Positions 34,860 through 47,630 of a stretch of 64,000 nt of DNA are shown here, piece after piece; the first letter of the stretch is position 1, and every line of letters starts with the position of its first letter. Below the pieces are notes generated by a model that was not told the origin of the DNA, did no database searches, and was given only the letters and a program-made list of their open reading frames with translations. Location: assembly GCA_964035575.1 (NCBI GenBank), contig OZ037833.1, forward strand, positions 1,364,001-1,428,000. Reading direction: 5' to 3'. The position numbers and the translations under genes are program-made. The stretch is from Rhynchopus sp. YZ270_cl-10 (Eukaryota).

Positions 34860-34931
34860 GGGTATATAGCTCAGTGGTAGAGCATTCGGCTGCAGTCCGA
34901 ACGGTCCCTGGTTCGAACCCGGGTGTGCCCT
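34860..34931 (+). tRNA. tRNA-Cys(GCA)
   Basis: Loop CT-GCA-GT. Confidence 0.95.
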
Positions 34932-35032
34932 CTCTTTTTGTTTCAAGACCAGATTTTCTCTTGAGTGTTACTTCTCCCTTTTTGGTTTTGAATTCCATCC
35001 CCACCTTGTAAAGATTCGTTTAAGAAATGTAA

Positions 35033-35105
35033 GGGGGTTTAGCTCAAATGGTAGAGCGCTCGCTCAGCATGCGAGAGGTAGAGGGATCGATACCCTCAAT
35101 CTCCA
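35033..35105 (+). tRNA. tRNA-Ala(AGC), C33
   Basis: G3:U70; loop TC-AGC-AT. Confidence 0.93.
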
Positions 35106-35196
35106 AACATTTTTTGGCTTGGAAACACTGTTGTGATATTTCCAGATCTCGATTCTTTTTGGTACCAAAGAAAAAGAAGGAAGCGACAGAATTGTA

Positions 35197-35268
35197 TCTC
35201 CTATGGTGTAGTGGTTAGCACTCGAGACTCTGAATCTCGCGACCGCGGTTCGAATCCGCGTAGGAGAA
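35197..35268 (+). tRNA. tRNA-Gln(CTG)
   Basis: Loop CT-CTG-AA. Confidence 0.95.
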
Positions 35269-35361
35269 CTTTCCTTTTTCTCCGTTTCGTCCCTTGTTAT
35301 TCTCCTCTATGACTGGTTGAAACACATTCCCACTTCCATATTCTTGTTGGCTTTTATTGAA

Positions 35362-35443
35362 GGCGAGATGGCCGAGTGGTCTAAGGCGCCAGGTTAAGGC
35401 CCTGGTCCCTTCGGGGGCGTGGGTTCAAACCCCACTCTCGTCA
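35362..35443 (+). tRNA. tRNA-Leu(AAG)
   Basis: Long variable arm; loop TT-AAG-GC. Confidence 0.95.
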
Positions 35444-35532
35444 CTTGTTATTCTTTTTCATTTTCATTTTCAATCTATCCCTTTTGTTTTGTTTTCAAGA
35501 TTGTGCAAAACACAAAAAGCACACTTGTCAGG

Positions 35533-35605
35533 TCCTCCTTGGCGCAGTCGGTAGCGCGTCAGGCTGTTAACCTGCAGGTCGTTGGTTCGAACCCAACAGG
35601 AGGAG
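35533..35605 (+). tRNA. tRNA-Asn(GTT)
   Basis: Same as 23761. Confidence 0.95.
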
Positions 35606-35664
35606 ACTTTTTTCCCTTCTCAAACCATTTTCTGTTCTTTGCAAAAGTCATAAAAAACTGGGAA

Positions 35665-35746
35665 GGCGAGATGGCCGAGCGGTCTAAGGCGCCAGGTTTA
35701 GGCCCTGGTCTCTTCGGAGGCGTGGGTTCAAACCCCACTCTCGTCA
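35665..35746 (+). tRNA. tRNA-Leu(TAG)
   Basis: Loop TT-TAG-GC. Confidence 0.95.
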
Positions 35747-35810
35747 CGTTATTACCATTTTTCCGCAGAAAACCCACCTCTTGTGGAAAACAGTTCCGGT
35801 CATTATTGTA

Positions 35811-35883
35811 GCAGCTATCGTCTAGTGGTTAGGACGCTCGCCTCACACGCGAGAGATCGTCGGTTCAATCCCGACTAGCTGTA
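35811..35883 (+). tRNA. tRNA-Val(CAC)
   Basis: Loop CT-CAC-AC. Confidence 0.95.
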
Positions 35884-35973
35884 ATTTCTTTTTGAACTTT
35901 CCTTCACATTTTCGTTCAATGCAACGATCGAAAAGATGTCCCCATGCAGATAATAGTTTTGCCTACTATCAGA

Positions 35974-36045
35974 TCCGCTGTAGTATAGTGGTTAGAACAG
36001 CCGGCTCTCACCCGGCAGACCGGGGTTCAATTCCCCGCAGCGGAA
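35974..36045 (+). tRNA. tRNA-Glu(CTC)
   Basis: Loop CT-CTC-AC. Confidence 0.95.
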
Positions 36046-36139
36046 AATACTTTTTTTTAGACCAAGTTTTGGAGAGAAGAATTTCTGACTTTTGAATATT
36101 AACGCCATCATGTAAATCTGGATGAAGAAAATAATCAGT

Positions 36140-36211
36140 GGCTTAGTGGTCTAGTGGCATGATTCTCGCTTCGGGTGCGAGAGGTCCAGGGTTCGATTCC
36201 CTGCTGAGCCC
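36140..36211 (+). tRNA. tRNA-Pro(CGG)
   Basis: Loop TT-CGG-GT. Confidence 0.95.
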
Positions 36212-36425
36212 CTCTTTTTATTTAGGTAGTTTCTTGCTTGGGAATTGTTTAGAAAAATTATTTCCACATCTTTTCGACCACCAAAATCCCAAGATGAGGA
36301 AGTTTGGAAAAGTGCATTTTTGTGAAAGTATTTTGCCATATCTTTGTTGTCACCAAAATCCCAAGATAGTGAGAGAATCTTGAAAAATCATTTTCCATAT
36401 TTTCACTTCCCAGTGAAAAAGAGAA

Positions 36426-36498
36426 TACCCATGGTGGGGATCGAACCCACAATCTTTCGCTTAGGAAGCGAACGCCTTATCCATTGGGCTACACGGGC
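36426..36498 (-). tRNA. tRNA-Arg(CCT)
   Basis: Loop TT-CCT-AA. Confidence 0.95.
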
Positions 36499-36604
36499 CT
36501 AATAGTTTTACCTTCTTTCCTTTTCTCTGGGGTGGTCAAATTTAGGACAAGAGACTTTTCTGCATGACCACCCCACAATGATTCTTTGGTTTAAATGAAT
36601 GTGA

Positions 36605-36677
36605 GCCTCCCTAGCTCAGTCGGTAGAGCGCAAGGCCCTTAACCTTGTGGTCGCGGGTTCGAGCCCCGCGGGAGGTG
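36605..36677 (+). tRNA. tRNA-Lys(CTT), C33
   Basis: Loop CC-CTT-AA. Confidence 0.93.
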
Positions 36678-36994
36678 CTTTTCTTTTTGAATGTTCACGA
36701 TTTTGAGGCAAATGAAAACCAAAAAATATTTCCTCCACTTGATCTCAGTTCTGTTTCGTTGGCAAGTTGAGAGTGGAATTTGGGTGAAAATATGTGTTTT
36801 CCGAACCAACACAGGACTCCCACCGACCGGTGTAGGTTTTGCGTTCAACCAGGTGTGAACTGCTTCCACTCGCGAAAAGTGCCAGACCCTTTTGCTGGGG
36901 ATAGCACGTTTCAGCCCCACAACTTATCTCCTTTCTGGGCATGTCCAGTGTGCTCAGCTGCCGCTTCTTGGCGACTCACCAGTACAGAATGGTG

Positions 36995-37345
36995 GAATCC
37001 AGCACAGAATGGAATGGCTGGGAAATCCTTAGCAATCCATAATTCAGATGGAAAAACTCCTGACCTGGCTATTGAATTTTCGGATCATTTTCTCAGTCAC
37101 AATGCAAGCACAGAATGGAAACCAAAACCAAGCACAGAATGGAACACGGCTATAAGACTCCAGCCATTCCATTCTGTGCTGGTTTTTCGTTTCCATTCTG
37201 TGCTTGCATTGTGACTGAGAAAATGATCTGAAAATTCAATACCCGGGTCAGGAGTTTTTTTTTCCACTCCTAACAAATCCTTACAGTAAGCCAAAAAGTC
37301 TCCAGCCATTCCATTCTGTGCTGGTTTTTGGAGCCCATTCTGTGA
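36995..37345. mobile_element. ~350-bp imperfect palindrome (MITE/foldback-like) with CACAGAATGGAA subrepeats; copy at ~56900-57250
   Basis: 37052-37150 mirrors 37161-37260. Confidence 0.6.
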
Positions 37346-37474
37346 GCACTCGCTCGGGCCTGTACTGGAGTACGGCCAGGCCATCTCCCTTCTGCGTTCC
37401 TGCCTGTCACATCCAGTGCTCAGTTGCTGCTTCTTCAGCACAACCGCATCACATCACATCACCAAAAAATAGAA

Positions 37475-37546
37475 AGGCAACTGGGGGGATCGAACCCCCG
37501 ACCCTTGGTTTACAAGACCAATGCTCTGCCACTGAGCTAAATCGCC
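37475..37546 (-). tRNA. tRNA-Thr(TGT)
   Basis: Loop CT-TGT-AA. Confidence 0.95.
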
Positions 37547-37628
37547 GCTGATTAAGATGCTTTTGCTGTTTCTCCTGCGAAGAAGTTTTTCAAGACAACA
37601 CAGAAAGGAAAGTGTGTAAAAAAAGAAA

Positions 37629-37699
37629 TGACCCTAGACGGAATCGAACCGCCGTTGATGGATTTGGAATCCATAGTGCTACCGCTACACCATAGGGCC
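37629..37699 (-). tRNA. tRNA-Trp(CCA) with a Gln-like D-arm
   Basis: ATGGA-TT-CCA-AA-TCCAT. Confidence 0.88.
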
Positions 37700-37784
37700 C
37701 ATGATTTAGGGCTTCAATGCGTTTAGCATGAAGGTGGAAATTTTGCTGAAAATCCCACACAAAGGAAAAAGACACACAAAAAAG

Positions 37785-37857
37785 TGCGAGGTGCCAGGAT
37801 CGAACTGACGACCTTAGGATTATGGGACCTACGCGCTCCCGACTGCGCCAACCTCGC
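37785..37857 (-). tRNA. tRNA-Met(CAT) elongator, C33
   Basis: G1:C72, TTCGA T-loop, U31:U39, loop CC-CAT-AA. Confidence 0.93.
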
Positions 37858-37946
37858 CTTGATATTATCGTATCATTAAGAAATACATGGGGTGCAAATT
37901 TCTACAGGTTTGTGTGCAAACCCGCAAACCCGCAAACCCGCAAACC

Positions 37947-38017
37947 TGTGAAGAATATAATCTTCATGCTTCCATACCAATGAAGTACAGAAACTGTAGC
38001 TTTAGAAATCGTTGGTT
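37947..38017 (-). pseudogene. 3'-truncated SL RNA gene at a duplication junction
   Basis: Exon intact; sequence breaks before the Sm site next to (GCAAACCC)n. Confidence 0.85.
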
Positions 38018-38339
38018 GCCCTTTTTCTCTACAATGTTCTAGGTACCCACTTGTTCTGGGAAGCCTTCTGCCAATGTCTATAATACGGTTGCTTTTTCGT
38101 ACCTGACATCTTGGTCACTGTGAAGGTTCTACATAAAAATATCCTTAAGTGTGATCCTACAGAAGGATATTCGACAGAGTCAACAGTGGCTTCTGAAGGG
38201 GAACAAGTGTCACAAATATGGTTTTGCAGGCGATATAAAAATGGGGTGCAGTAAGCACTTGTGTGTTATGTCATGTGTGAATCGTGTGTGTTTTTGGGTT
38301 TGCTTCTTGTGCACAAGACGATCATGCTAACGTAAAAAA

Positions 38340-38452
38340 GGCCAGTCTCTTTCGAGACTGGCCATGTTTGACAAAGTTGTGTGAGAAGAATATAATCTTC
38401 ATGCTTCCATACCAATGAAGTACAGAAACTGTAGCTTTAGAAATCGTTGGTT
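38340..38452 (-). ncRNA. SL RNA gene
   Basis: Same exon. Confidence 0.95.
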
Positions 38453-38759
38453 GCCCTTTTTCTCTACAATGTTCTAAGTGCCAACATGTTCTGGGAATCA
38501 TGCCATATGTATCATTATTATGGTGGGTTTTTTTTCTAACATAGCCGTAGAGTGGCTTATAAACATACCTAAGGATGCCCAATGTGCTCGAAAGTCCAAA
38601 AATCTTGGGAATACGGGATATTTGGGCTCATTTGAGTCAATTGCGTGGTCGTACAATTTAATCTGAGCATTACACATATCCTAATCACCAAAATATTCGA
38701 AGAACATGGGAATCATGTGTGTTTTTTGGGTTTGCACAAGGTGATGTTAACGTAAAAAA

Positions 38760-38871
38760 GGCCAGTCTCTTTCGAAACTGGCCATGTTTTGACAAAGTTG
38801 TGTGAAGAATATAATCTTCATGCTTCCATACCAATGAAGTACAGAAACTGTAGCTTTAGAAATCGTTGGTT
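38760..38871 (-). ncRNA. SL RNA gene
   Basis: Same exon. Confidence 0.95.
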
Positions 38872-39193
38872 GCCCTTTTTCTCTACAATGTTCTAGGTAC
38901 CCACTTGTTCTGGGAAGCCTTCTGCCAATGTCTATAATACGGTTGCTTTTTCGTACCTGACATCTTGGTCACTGTGAAGGTTCTACATAAAAATATCCTT
39001 AAGTGTGATCCTACAGAAGGATATTCGACAGAGTCAACAGTGGCTTCTGAAGGGGAACAAGTGTCACAAATATGGTTTTGCAGGCGATATAAAAATGGGG
39101 TGCAGTAAGCACTTGTGTGTTATGTCATGTGTGAATCGTGTGTGTTTTTGGGTTTGCTTCTTGTGCACAAGACGATCATGCTAACGTAAAAAA

Positions 39194-39305
39194 GGCCAGT
39201 CTCTTTCGAGACTGGCCATGTTTGACAAAGTTGTGTGAGAAGATATAATCTTCATGCTTCCATACCAATGAAGTACAGAAACTGTAGCTTTAGAAATCGT
39301 TGGTT
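39194..39305 (-). ncRNA. SL RNA gene
   Basis: Same exon. Confidence 0.95.
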
Positions 39306-42300
39306 GCCTTTTTTCTCTACAACGTTCTGAGTACAGACGTGTCCTGGGAAGCATGCCAGTAGTGTAAAAAATATGATGGTTTTTTTGTACCTAACATCTT
39401 GTACACTGAGAAGGTTCTGCACAAGTGGAAGCCTATATAAGGATATTCATAAGAGTCAAAAGGGGCTTCTGAAGGGGTATATGGGTAGTATGAGCTCATA
39501 TGAATCCATTAAAAGCGTCTATGGCATGATCTAAGCATCACATAATTTCTGAAATCAATACCAACCACAATTTACGGCTATTTTTCCAGCAATAGCCGTA
39601 TCATGGCTTATAACCATACCTAAGGATGTCCAATATGCTGGAAAAGTTAATAATCTTGGGTGTATAGGGTTTTTGGGCACATTTGAGTCAATTGCGGGGT
39701 CTTACGATTTAATCTGAGCATCACACATATCCTAATCACCTATATAATCGAAAAACACATACAAAATGACCTACATAGCCGTAAAATGACCCAAATGTGC
39801 ATATTCGGGTTGAAATTTCATTTTTTCGGAAAGTTTTTTTTTCTCAACAATTACATGGGTGAGTTCCGAGTACATTATGGGGTCGTAAGTTTTTATTCAA
39901 GCATCACACATTATGTAGAATAATTTATGCCATACAATGTTACCAAAAAAAGTCGATTTTTGGTCACTTTTTCAAAAATATGAAAATTCGATTTTTGGGT
40001 ACTAGATAGGTCTTTCCGGTGCAAAAACGACCGTTAAATGGATTCTCCGGGGTCCTAAGGCCCCAAAAATCACTTTTGGACACACGGGCAATATCCCAGT
40101 ATACCCTAGGAAATTGGTGGGAACCCAAAAATTGGCCTCAAAATCCGACCAAAACCAAGGTTTCTGTAGAGGTACATGTGAACCTCATGTGTGTTCTGGA
40201 GACCCATTTTGTTTTTAAAAGTGAATCTAAATAGCCAAAAATTTAAAACTCTTGTAGCGCATTCGGAATAGAGGGGGTATTCGCGAAAACCTGTGCGAAA
40301 CATTTATCAATTCAGGTCTGACCCACATGGTCATGACCCCATATTTTGGGTGCGGAAAACACCCTATCTGTTGACCTACCGGCTTGTATGCCTGTATACC
40401 TGGTTGGGTCAACTTTTTGAAAATTTCCTGGGCCATATACCCTATTTGGGCCCCCTGAATCCATTGCGACATCGTTTTTTCACATCCGAGTGAAAACTAA
40501 TATATAGGATAACCCATGGGTATGGGTACCTCGCTCAATACCCCTAAAATCAGTGCTTTTGAAAATGACCCTATGGAAAAATGTATCCAAAATATTGAAA
40601 CATGTTCTCCTGGCATCTGCAACACGATATTTTGGGCCCCCTGGGCCCCGGGGGCCCTACGGGCCCCCATATTCGCGAAAAGTTGGGCATCCCAGCTAGT
40701 GGGTCGGTACTGGGTATACAAACATCCCCCCAAAAAGTGAGATTTTGACCCCCCAAAAATGGCCATTTTTTTACTCCCCGGGACCTTCTCAGGTGTGTAT
40801 TCGGACCCTCTCGTGGTCTTAAACCGGATTTTTGGGGCCCCCACACCCTGGAATACCCCCCATAGTGTCGTTTTTTCACCCGCAGGGCCGATTTTTTAGA
40901 AAAAATTTGGTTTTTAAGGAACAACATTTACCCTGCGACACCTTGAAAAACAGGTGATTTTTGCCTTTTTCAGTTGTGTGTGTGCAGTGCCGAATTCCCC
41001 AGGCTTGGTGAAAGTTGTGCCTCCAATACCCCTATGTGGGTTGGAAAAATCAAATAAAGATAAAATTTTGAGGCAGCCTGGGGGTGTGCTATGGTAAACA
41101 ATTTGTGTGTGTAAAAATACCCCTAAAAAACACCCTAAAAATGGCTGTTTTTGGCCTATTTTTGGGGGTCGCCTGAGCTATTTTTTTTATTGTTTTGGCT
41201 TTTCCTGGGACCTGAAAATAGGGTCCTGGGCCCAATATGTCCCAATGAGGCCATTGGAATATCGATTTTTTCCAGATATGGGCCTCCTAGACCGAAATTT
41301 TTGATTTTGGTGTTGCAAAAATTTTCGAAAATCCTGAAAAGTGCCCAAAAACACGTAAAAACACGTGTATAGGCACACCCTATCGGCCCCCAGCATTGCC
41401 CAGGATTGTTGCAAATTTTCCCTGCATGGGGGCCCTCCGGGCCCCCTGGACCCATTGCGACCCGATTGGTTCACATTCCTGGAAAATTTGGTCCCTAAGA
41501 CACATACGTGGTTAACATACCCCTGAAAAACACCCTATTTTTGACCCTAAAAAACACCCTATTTTTGACCCTGAAAACATGATTTTAGCAAATAGGGCAA
41601 CTAGTTTGGTGATCCAGCGACCGACTCATGGGCCCAGTATGTCCAACAGGGCCATATGTTTGGTAAATTTTACCGGGGGCAAGGGGATGTACAAAAAAAA
41701 AGTGGATTTTTTACCTTAAAAAAATGGCCAAAAATAGGCCAAAAATGGCCATTTTTCGGCCATGTGACCCCCACAGCAACCCTATATAGACCCCAAAAAA
41801 CCTAATATTTTTTTCCCAGCGATGTGTCCTGGGGGCCCTTCGGGCCCCCAGGACACATCGCAACCCCGTTTTTTCAAAAAGTTGGCCCTACGGGCCAACT
41901 TTTTGAGGTGGCCTGTAGGGTGACCCCTTCAAAAAGCTGGAACCCGGATTTTGGGGTCAGGGGTCCCTTTATGCACTTTTATGTATAAAAAAATGTCTGG
42001 GGCGAGAAAATGCAAATTTTTGCCTGCAAACACACTGCATACTACTACAGGACCATATTCCATCTTATCAGGAAAAATTTCGGAGGTGTTAGTCATAAAA
42101 ACAATTTAAAATTTTTTGAAAAAACATGAGATCTGGATAAAAGTTTTGACTGTACCTGTGGAAGGTGGGATTTTGCCTGTGTTTTGACTTTTTTTTTCAG
42201 TAAATAAACTTCTACTCATCTCCGGAGGCCGTCCGAGGTCGCAATTAACTCATTTTGACACTTTAGGGCCATATACCGCCCGTTTTTTCAAAAAGTTGAA

Positions 42301-42959
42301 AATTTTGGCCCCCAGGATTGGGTACAGCGTGTACTGAACCCTGATTTTCGAAAAATCTCAACTTTTGAAATTCGTCACTTATGGCAGCATGTATCTGACA
42401 CCCAATTTTGACTTTTCCCGTGAATCCATTCTGGTGCATATACACTATCTGGCACCCCTGAGTCCATTGCGGGGTCGTTTTTTCAAAAAGTCGACCGGAC
42501 TAATACCTAATATGACCCTGGGTATAGCGTACCGTCTCAGAAACACCCCAAAATCAGTGTTTTTGAAGGGTTCTCACAGCTAAAATCGATGAAAAAATGT
42601 CAAAATCACTTTCCCGTGACCCAATAGCGTGAAATATGGCCCATGTGGGCCCCCAGGACCTATAACACCCCCAATCGGTCGATTCCATGCATATTTCACA
42701 CCCCCAGATATATGTGCCCATGGGGTGCCAGACCCCAAAATCATGATTTTTTCATGATTTTTGGCCCGATGCACTGACCTGCAGGGCCATACCGTCTACC
42801 GGGGCAACCATATTTTTGAAAAATCGGCCTTGCATCGGGCCCAGTATGTCCCACAGGGTATGTTGCCCCAAATTCAGGTCCCCGCACAAGCCAAACCAAT
42901 ATTTTAAAATCGATTTTTTTGAAAAAAATATTTTTGAAAAAAAATCGTGATTTTTGGGA

Positions 42960-44550
42960 TTTTGGTGATTTTTACAGTTTTGCACACCCTGAAAATCGAT
43001 TTTTTCGGCTCCGCCGGTGAAATATCGACATAATTTAGGTATGTTATGTGCATAATATACCCATTAGAGCCCATTCAAGTCACATTCCGACCATTTTTCG
43101 TGAAAAAATGCAACTTTTTGTCACCGTGACCCCCAAAAATGACGATTTTTTGGTCGATTTTTTCGGCCAAAAATTTCGTACCACAGGGCCATACCATATA
43201 CTGGGATTATCAACTTTTTGAAAATACGGCCTGGTATTCGGGTGTATATGTCCCATGGGGCCCATAGTAACCTTACTGGGTCATGCCCAAAGCCAATCTT
43301 AATAGTAAAATTCGATTTTCTGTGAAAAATATTTTCACCAAAAAATCGTCATTTTTCCGATTTTCGTCATTTTTACAGTTTTGCACACCCTGAAAATCGA
43401 TTTTTTCGGCTCCGCCGGTGAAATATCGACATAATTTAGGTATGTTATGTGCATAATATACCCATTAGAGCCCATTCAAGTCACATTCCGACCATTTTTC
43501 GTGAAAAAATGCAACTTTTTGTCACCGTGACCCCCAAAAATGACGATTTTTTGGTCGATTTTTTCGGCCAAAAATTTCGTACCACAGGGCCATACCATAT
43601 ACTGGGATTATCAACTTTTTGAAAATACGGCCTGGTATTCGGGTGTATATGTCCCATGGGGCCCATAGTAACCTTACTGGGTCATGCCCAAAGCCAATCT
43701 TAATAGTAAAATTCGATTTTCTGTGAAAAATATTTTCACCAAAAAATCGTCATTTTTCCGATTTTCGTCATTTTTACAGTTTTGCACACCCTGAAAATCG
43801 ATTTTTTCGGCTCCGCCGGTGAAATATCGACATAATTTAGGTATGTTATGTGCATAATATACCCATTAGAGCCCATTCAAGTCACATTCCGACCATTTTT
43901 CGTGAAAAAATGCAACTTTTTGTCACCGTGACCCCCAAAAATGACGATTTTTTGGTCGATTTTTTCGGCCAAAAATTTCGTACCACAGGGCCATACCATA
44001 TACTGGGATTATCAACTTTTTGAAAATACGGCCTGGTATTCGGGTGTATATGTCCCATGGGGCCCATAGTAACCTTACTGGGTCATGCCCAAAGCCAATC
44101 TTAATAGTAAAATTCGATTTTCTGTGAAAAATATTTTCACCAAAAAATCGTCATTTTTCCGATTTTCGTCATTTTTACAGTTTTGCACACCCTGAAAATC
44201 GATTTTTTCGGCTCCGCCGGTGAAATATCGACATAATTTAGGTATGTTATGTGCATAATATACCCATTAGAGCCCATTCAAGTCACATTCCGACCATTTT
44301 TCGTGAAAAAATGCAACTTTTTGTCACCGTGACCCCCAAAAATGACGATTTTTTGGTCGATTTTTTCGGCCAAAAATTTCGTACCACAGGGCCATACCAT
44401 ATACTGGGATTATCAACTTTTTGAAAATACGGCCTGGTATTCGGGTGTATATGTCCCATGGGGCCCATAGTAACCTTACTGGGTCATGCCCAAAGCCAAT
44501 CTTAATAGTAAAATTCGATTTTCTGTGAAAAATATTTTCACCAAAAAATC
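42960..44550. repeat. 401-bp tandem repeat, 4 copies
   Basis: ORF starts at 43080/43481/43882/44283. Confidence 0.97.
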
Positions 44551-44579
44551 GACTTTTTTCAAAATATTTCTCAGTTAGA

Positions 44580-46030
44580 CAGTGTGTGATGCTCGGATCT
44601 GAGCGTACGACCCCGCAATTGACTCAGATGTGCTCAAATACCCCATATACCCAAGATTTTTGCATTTTCGAGTGAAAAGAAGGTTCGTACAGAGGTCATA
44701 TGCCTGTGTACAGGTTTATTTGCCTGTAACCCCTATGTTTGAGCACCGGCTAAGTTGTAGAGAGGGCCTGATACTCGGAATTGACCGTGCGACCCCGCAA
44801 TTGACTCAGATTGGCCCAAAAACCCTATATACCCAAGATTTCTTCATTTTCGTGCAAATTTGAGGTATTTAGATATGGTTATATGCATGTTACACCAAAA
44901 TACAGGTGTTTGTTGCACCTGTAAAATTTGAGACATTGTGTGATGCTCTAATCTGATCGTACGACCCCGCAATTGACTCAAAAATGCCCAAAAACCCCAT
45001 ATTCCCAAGATTTTTGCATTTTCGAGCATATATGAGCCATTTAGATATGATTATTAGCCATTTTACCCAATATACAGGTGTTTGTTGCATAGCTAAAATT
45101 CTAGACATTGTCTGATGCTCGGATCTGACCGTACGACCCCGCAATTGACTCAGATGTGCCCAAAAACCCTATATATCCAAGATTTCTTCATTTTCATGCG
45201 TATTTGAGACATTCAGATATGGTTATATGCATTTTACACCAAAATACATGTGATTGTTGCTTTTTTGAAATTCTAGACATTGTGTGATACTCGGATCTGA
45301 TCGTGCGACCCCGCAATGAACTCAAATGTGCCCAAAAAACCCATATTCCCAAGATTATTGCATTTTAGAGCATTTTTAAGCTACTTACATGTGGTTATTA
45401 GCCATTTTACCCAAAATAGACATGTTTATTGCATAGTTGAAATTCTAGGTATTGTGTGATGCTCGGATCTGATCGTGCGACCCCGCAATTGACTCAGATG
45501 TGCCCAAAAAACCCATATTCCCAAGATTTTTGCATTTTCGTGCAAATTTAAGGTATTCAGATATGGTTATATGCATGTTACACCAAAATACAGGTGTTTG
45601 TTGCACCTGTAAAATTCTAGACATTATGTGATGCTCAGATCTGATCGTACGACCCCGCAATGAACTCAGATGTGCCCAAAAACCCCATATTCCCAAGATT
45701 TTTGCATTTTAGAGCACATTCTAATTGCTTAGATAGGGTATAAAGGCATTTTGCCCATATTTTTGCGACATTTTACCGATTAGGATACTTCTGATGCTCC
45801 AATCAAATCGTCCGACCCCGCAATGGATTCAGAATGGCCCAAAAACCCTATATTCCCAAGATTTTTGCACTTTTAAGGGTTTCTGACATCCTTAGATAGG
45901 ATAAAGAGGCATTTTCAGGTATTTTGATAAACGGACATTTTGTCTATTAGGATATGTGTGATGCTCAGATTGATTCATCTGACCTCATAATGGATTCAGG
46001 AGCCCCTAAATATGCCATTTTCCCAAAAAT
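44580..46030. repeat. Diverged 172-bp satellite, ~9 units (relatives at 23900-24180, 28060-28480, 47890-48460, 51010-51600)
   Basis: GACCCCGCAA at 44963, 45135, 45307, 45479, 45651. Confidence 0.9.
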
Positions 46031-46269
46031 TTCTCACTTTTGACAATTTTGAAGATTCTCAGAAAGAGTGAGGAGACAAAAAAATGAGAAAAATCTGGAA
46101 AAACCAAAATATATTATTCGTCTCAGGTGTTGAACCCGGGACCGAAAGAATATCGGACCACAGTACAACACACTAGGATTTTCTGACGCAAGTATTTTTT
46201 TAGTTTTTTATGGATGCGCACAGCTAAGAACCGGTCTGACAATTTAGATCTATTTTTCGGTGTATTTAT

Positions 46270-46335
46270 CCAGTTGGTCACCCGCGCCAGTACTATCCAG
46301 GCTTGGAGGTGTCTAACTTCTCAGGTAAAAACGGA
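46270..46335 (-). pseudogene. Degenerate 5S rRNA fragment
   Basis: GGTCACCCGCGCCAGTACTATCCAGGC...TAACTTCTCA resembles the reverse complement of the 5S copies. Confidence 0.7.
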
Positions 46336-46378
46336 CTGGTAATAAGTCTTCCCAGCTTTTCCACCCAGACCTATTATT

Positions 46379-46497
46379 GGATTCGGCCATACTCTGGTGA
46401 ATACACCTCATCCCGCCTGATTTGAGAAGTTAAGCACCAGCAGGCCTGGATAGTACTGGCGTGGGTGACCAGCTGGGAAGTCCGGGTGCTTGAATCC
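46379..46497 (+). rRNA. 5S rRNA
   Basis: Identical copy. Confidence 0.97.
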
Positions 46498-46607
46498 TTT
46501 TTCCTTTTCTTCTGTTGTATTAGGTGTGCACATTTGAGGACGTCCAGACCCTGACCCACCTCCAACAAGACGACCCTGTCTTGTATTCCGATGTTTGCTG
46601 TATGTTT

Positions 46608-46937
46608 GGGTGCTAAGTTAGTGTGCTACTTCGAAACCAAACAACTCGTTCAGCAACAACAAAAACTTGAAAAAGACATTTCTTCCAAGGAAAATTCTTT
46701 TACAATTTTGTGTGAAGACCGGTCATGTTGCGGGCCCGATGTGGCCTGCGACGGACTACTCTCATATGATAGTAAATCCCGTACAATCTGTACAGAATAT
46801 TACCATGACGATATTATTCTTACATTCGTGTAAACTAATCTTCCGATTGCGTTCTATTTCACACTTCAAATATTAGAACTGGATGTGGGGCTGCCAGTAT
46901 ACTGGTGGTCCCGATCCAGCACACAACGCAAGCACCC
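46608..46937 (+). ncRNA. Vault-RNA-like ~330-nt RNA, diverged paralogue
   Basis: Same ends and upstream element as 31662; central region diverged. Confidence 0.65.
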
Positions 46938-47058
46938 AATTTTTTTTGCCGCCCGTCCACAGTCCATGTGTGCACCAGTGACCACAAAACAAACCCATAA
47001 ATAAAAGTTAGGCTGGAAAGTCTTGGGGACCATAAAAGGAAAGCTCAGAAAAAAACCT

Positions 47059-47130
47059 AGGCCGCTGTGGGGATTGAACCCACGACCCCATCATTACGGA
47101 TGATGTGCTCTACCACTGAGCTAAACAGCC
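47059..47130 (-). tRNA. tRNA-Thr(CGT), C33
   Basis: Loop TC-CGT-AA. Confidence 0.93.
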
Positions 47131-47206
47131 ACATTTTAGGGAGCAAGGTGTGAAAGCTCTGAGAACCAATTTACACAGGAGAAACAAATCAGAAGAAAAA
47201 AAACTG

Positions 47207-47278
47207 TGGACCCTGAGAGGTTCGAACTCTCGGCCTCCCGTATGCGGAACGGGCGCTCTTCCACTGAGCTAAGAGCCC
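47207..47278 (-). tRNA. tRNA-Ala(CGC), C33
   Basis: G3:U70; loop TC-CGC-AT. Confidence 0.93.
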
Positions 47279-47354
47279 CACAATTATGATGATTCTTTAA
47301 AACAACAAGCTTTGGGCGAAAATAGTTTTAGATGATCACACAACGAAGAAAAAG

Positions 47355-47436
47355 TGACGAGGGTGAGGTTTGAACTCACGCCCCCGAAGAGACTACGACC
47401 TGAACGTAGCGCCTTAGACCACTCGGCCACCTCGCC
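47355..47436 (-). tRNA. tRNA-Leu(CAG)
   Basis: Loop TT-CAG-GT. Confidence 0.95.
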
Positions 47437-47557
47437 TTACTAGGCTTCTTCGTTAAAAATTTTTTCACCATTGCGGAGGTATGAAGGAAATTTTTGATGC
47501 GTGCTCTGTACATTTCAAAAGACCCCCTTCAAAGAAAAGAAGATGGAGAGAAAGCAT

Positions 47558-47630
47558 GGCGCTATAGCTCAGTGGTTAGAGCGCTCGCCCAGTAAGCGAG
47601 AGGTCGAGGGTTCGATCCCCTCTAGTGCCT
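47558..47630 (+). tRNA. tRNA-Thr(AGT), C33
   Basis: Loop CC-AGT-AA. Confidence 0.93.

Larger units (their letters stand above)
31410..37915. repeat. Segmental inverted repeat 3, left copy (partner ~56325-62820)
   Basis: Whole snRNA/5S/tRNA block mirrored with few substitutions. Confidence 0.95.

Noticed and set aside
46118..46180. tRNA-like B-box (GGTTCAACACC, minus strand)
   Set aside because: No cloverleaf or anticodon arm; at most a decayed pseudogene.
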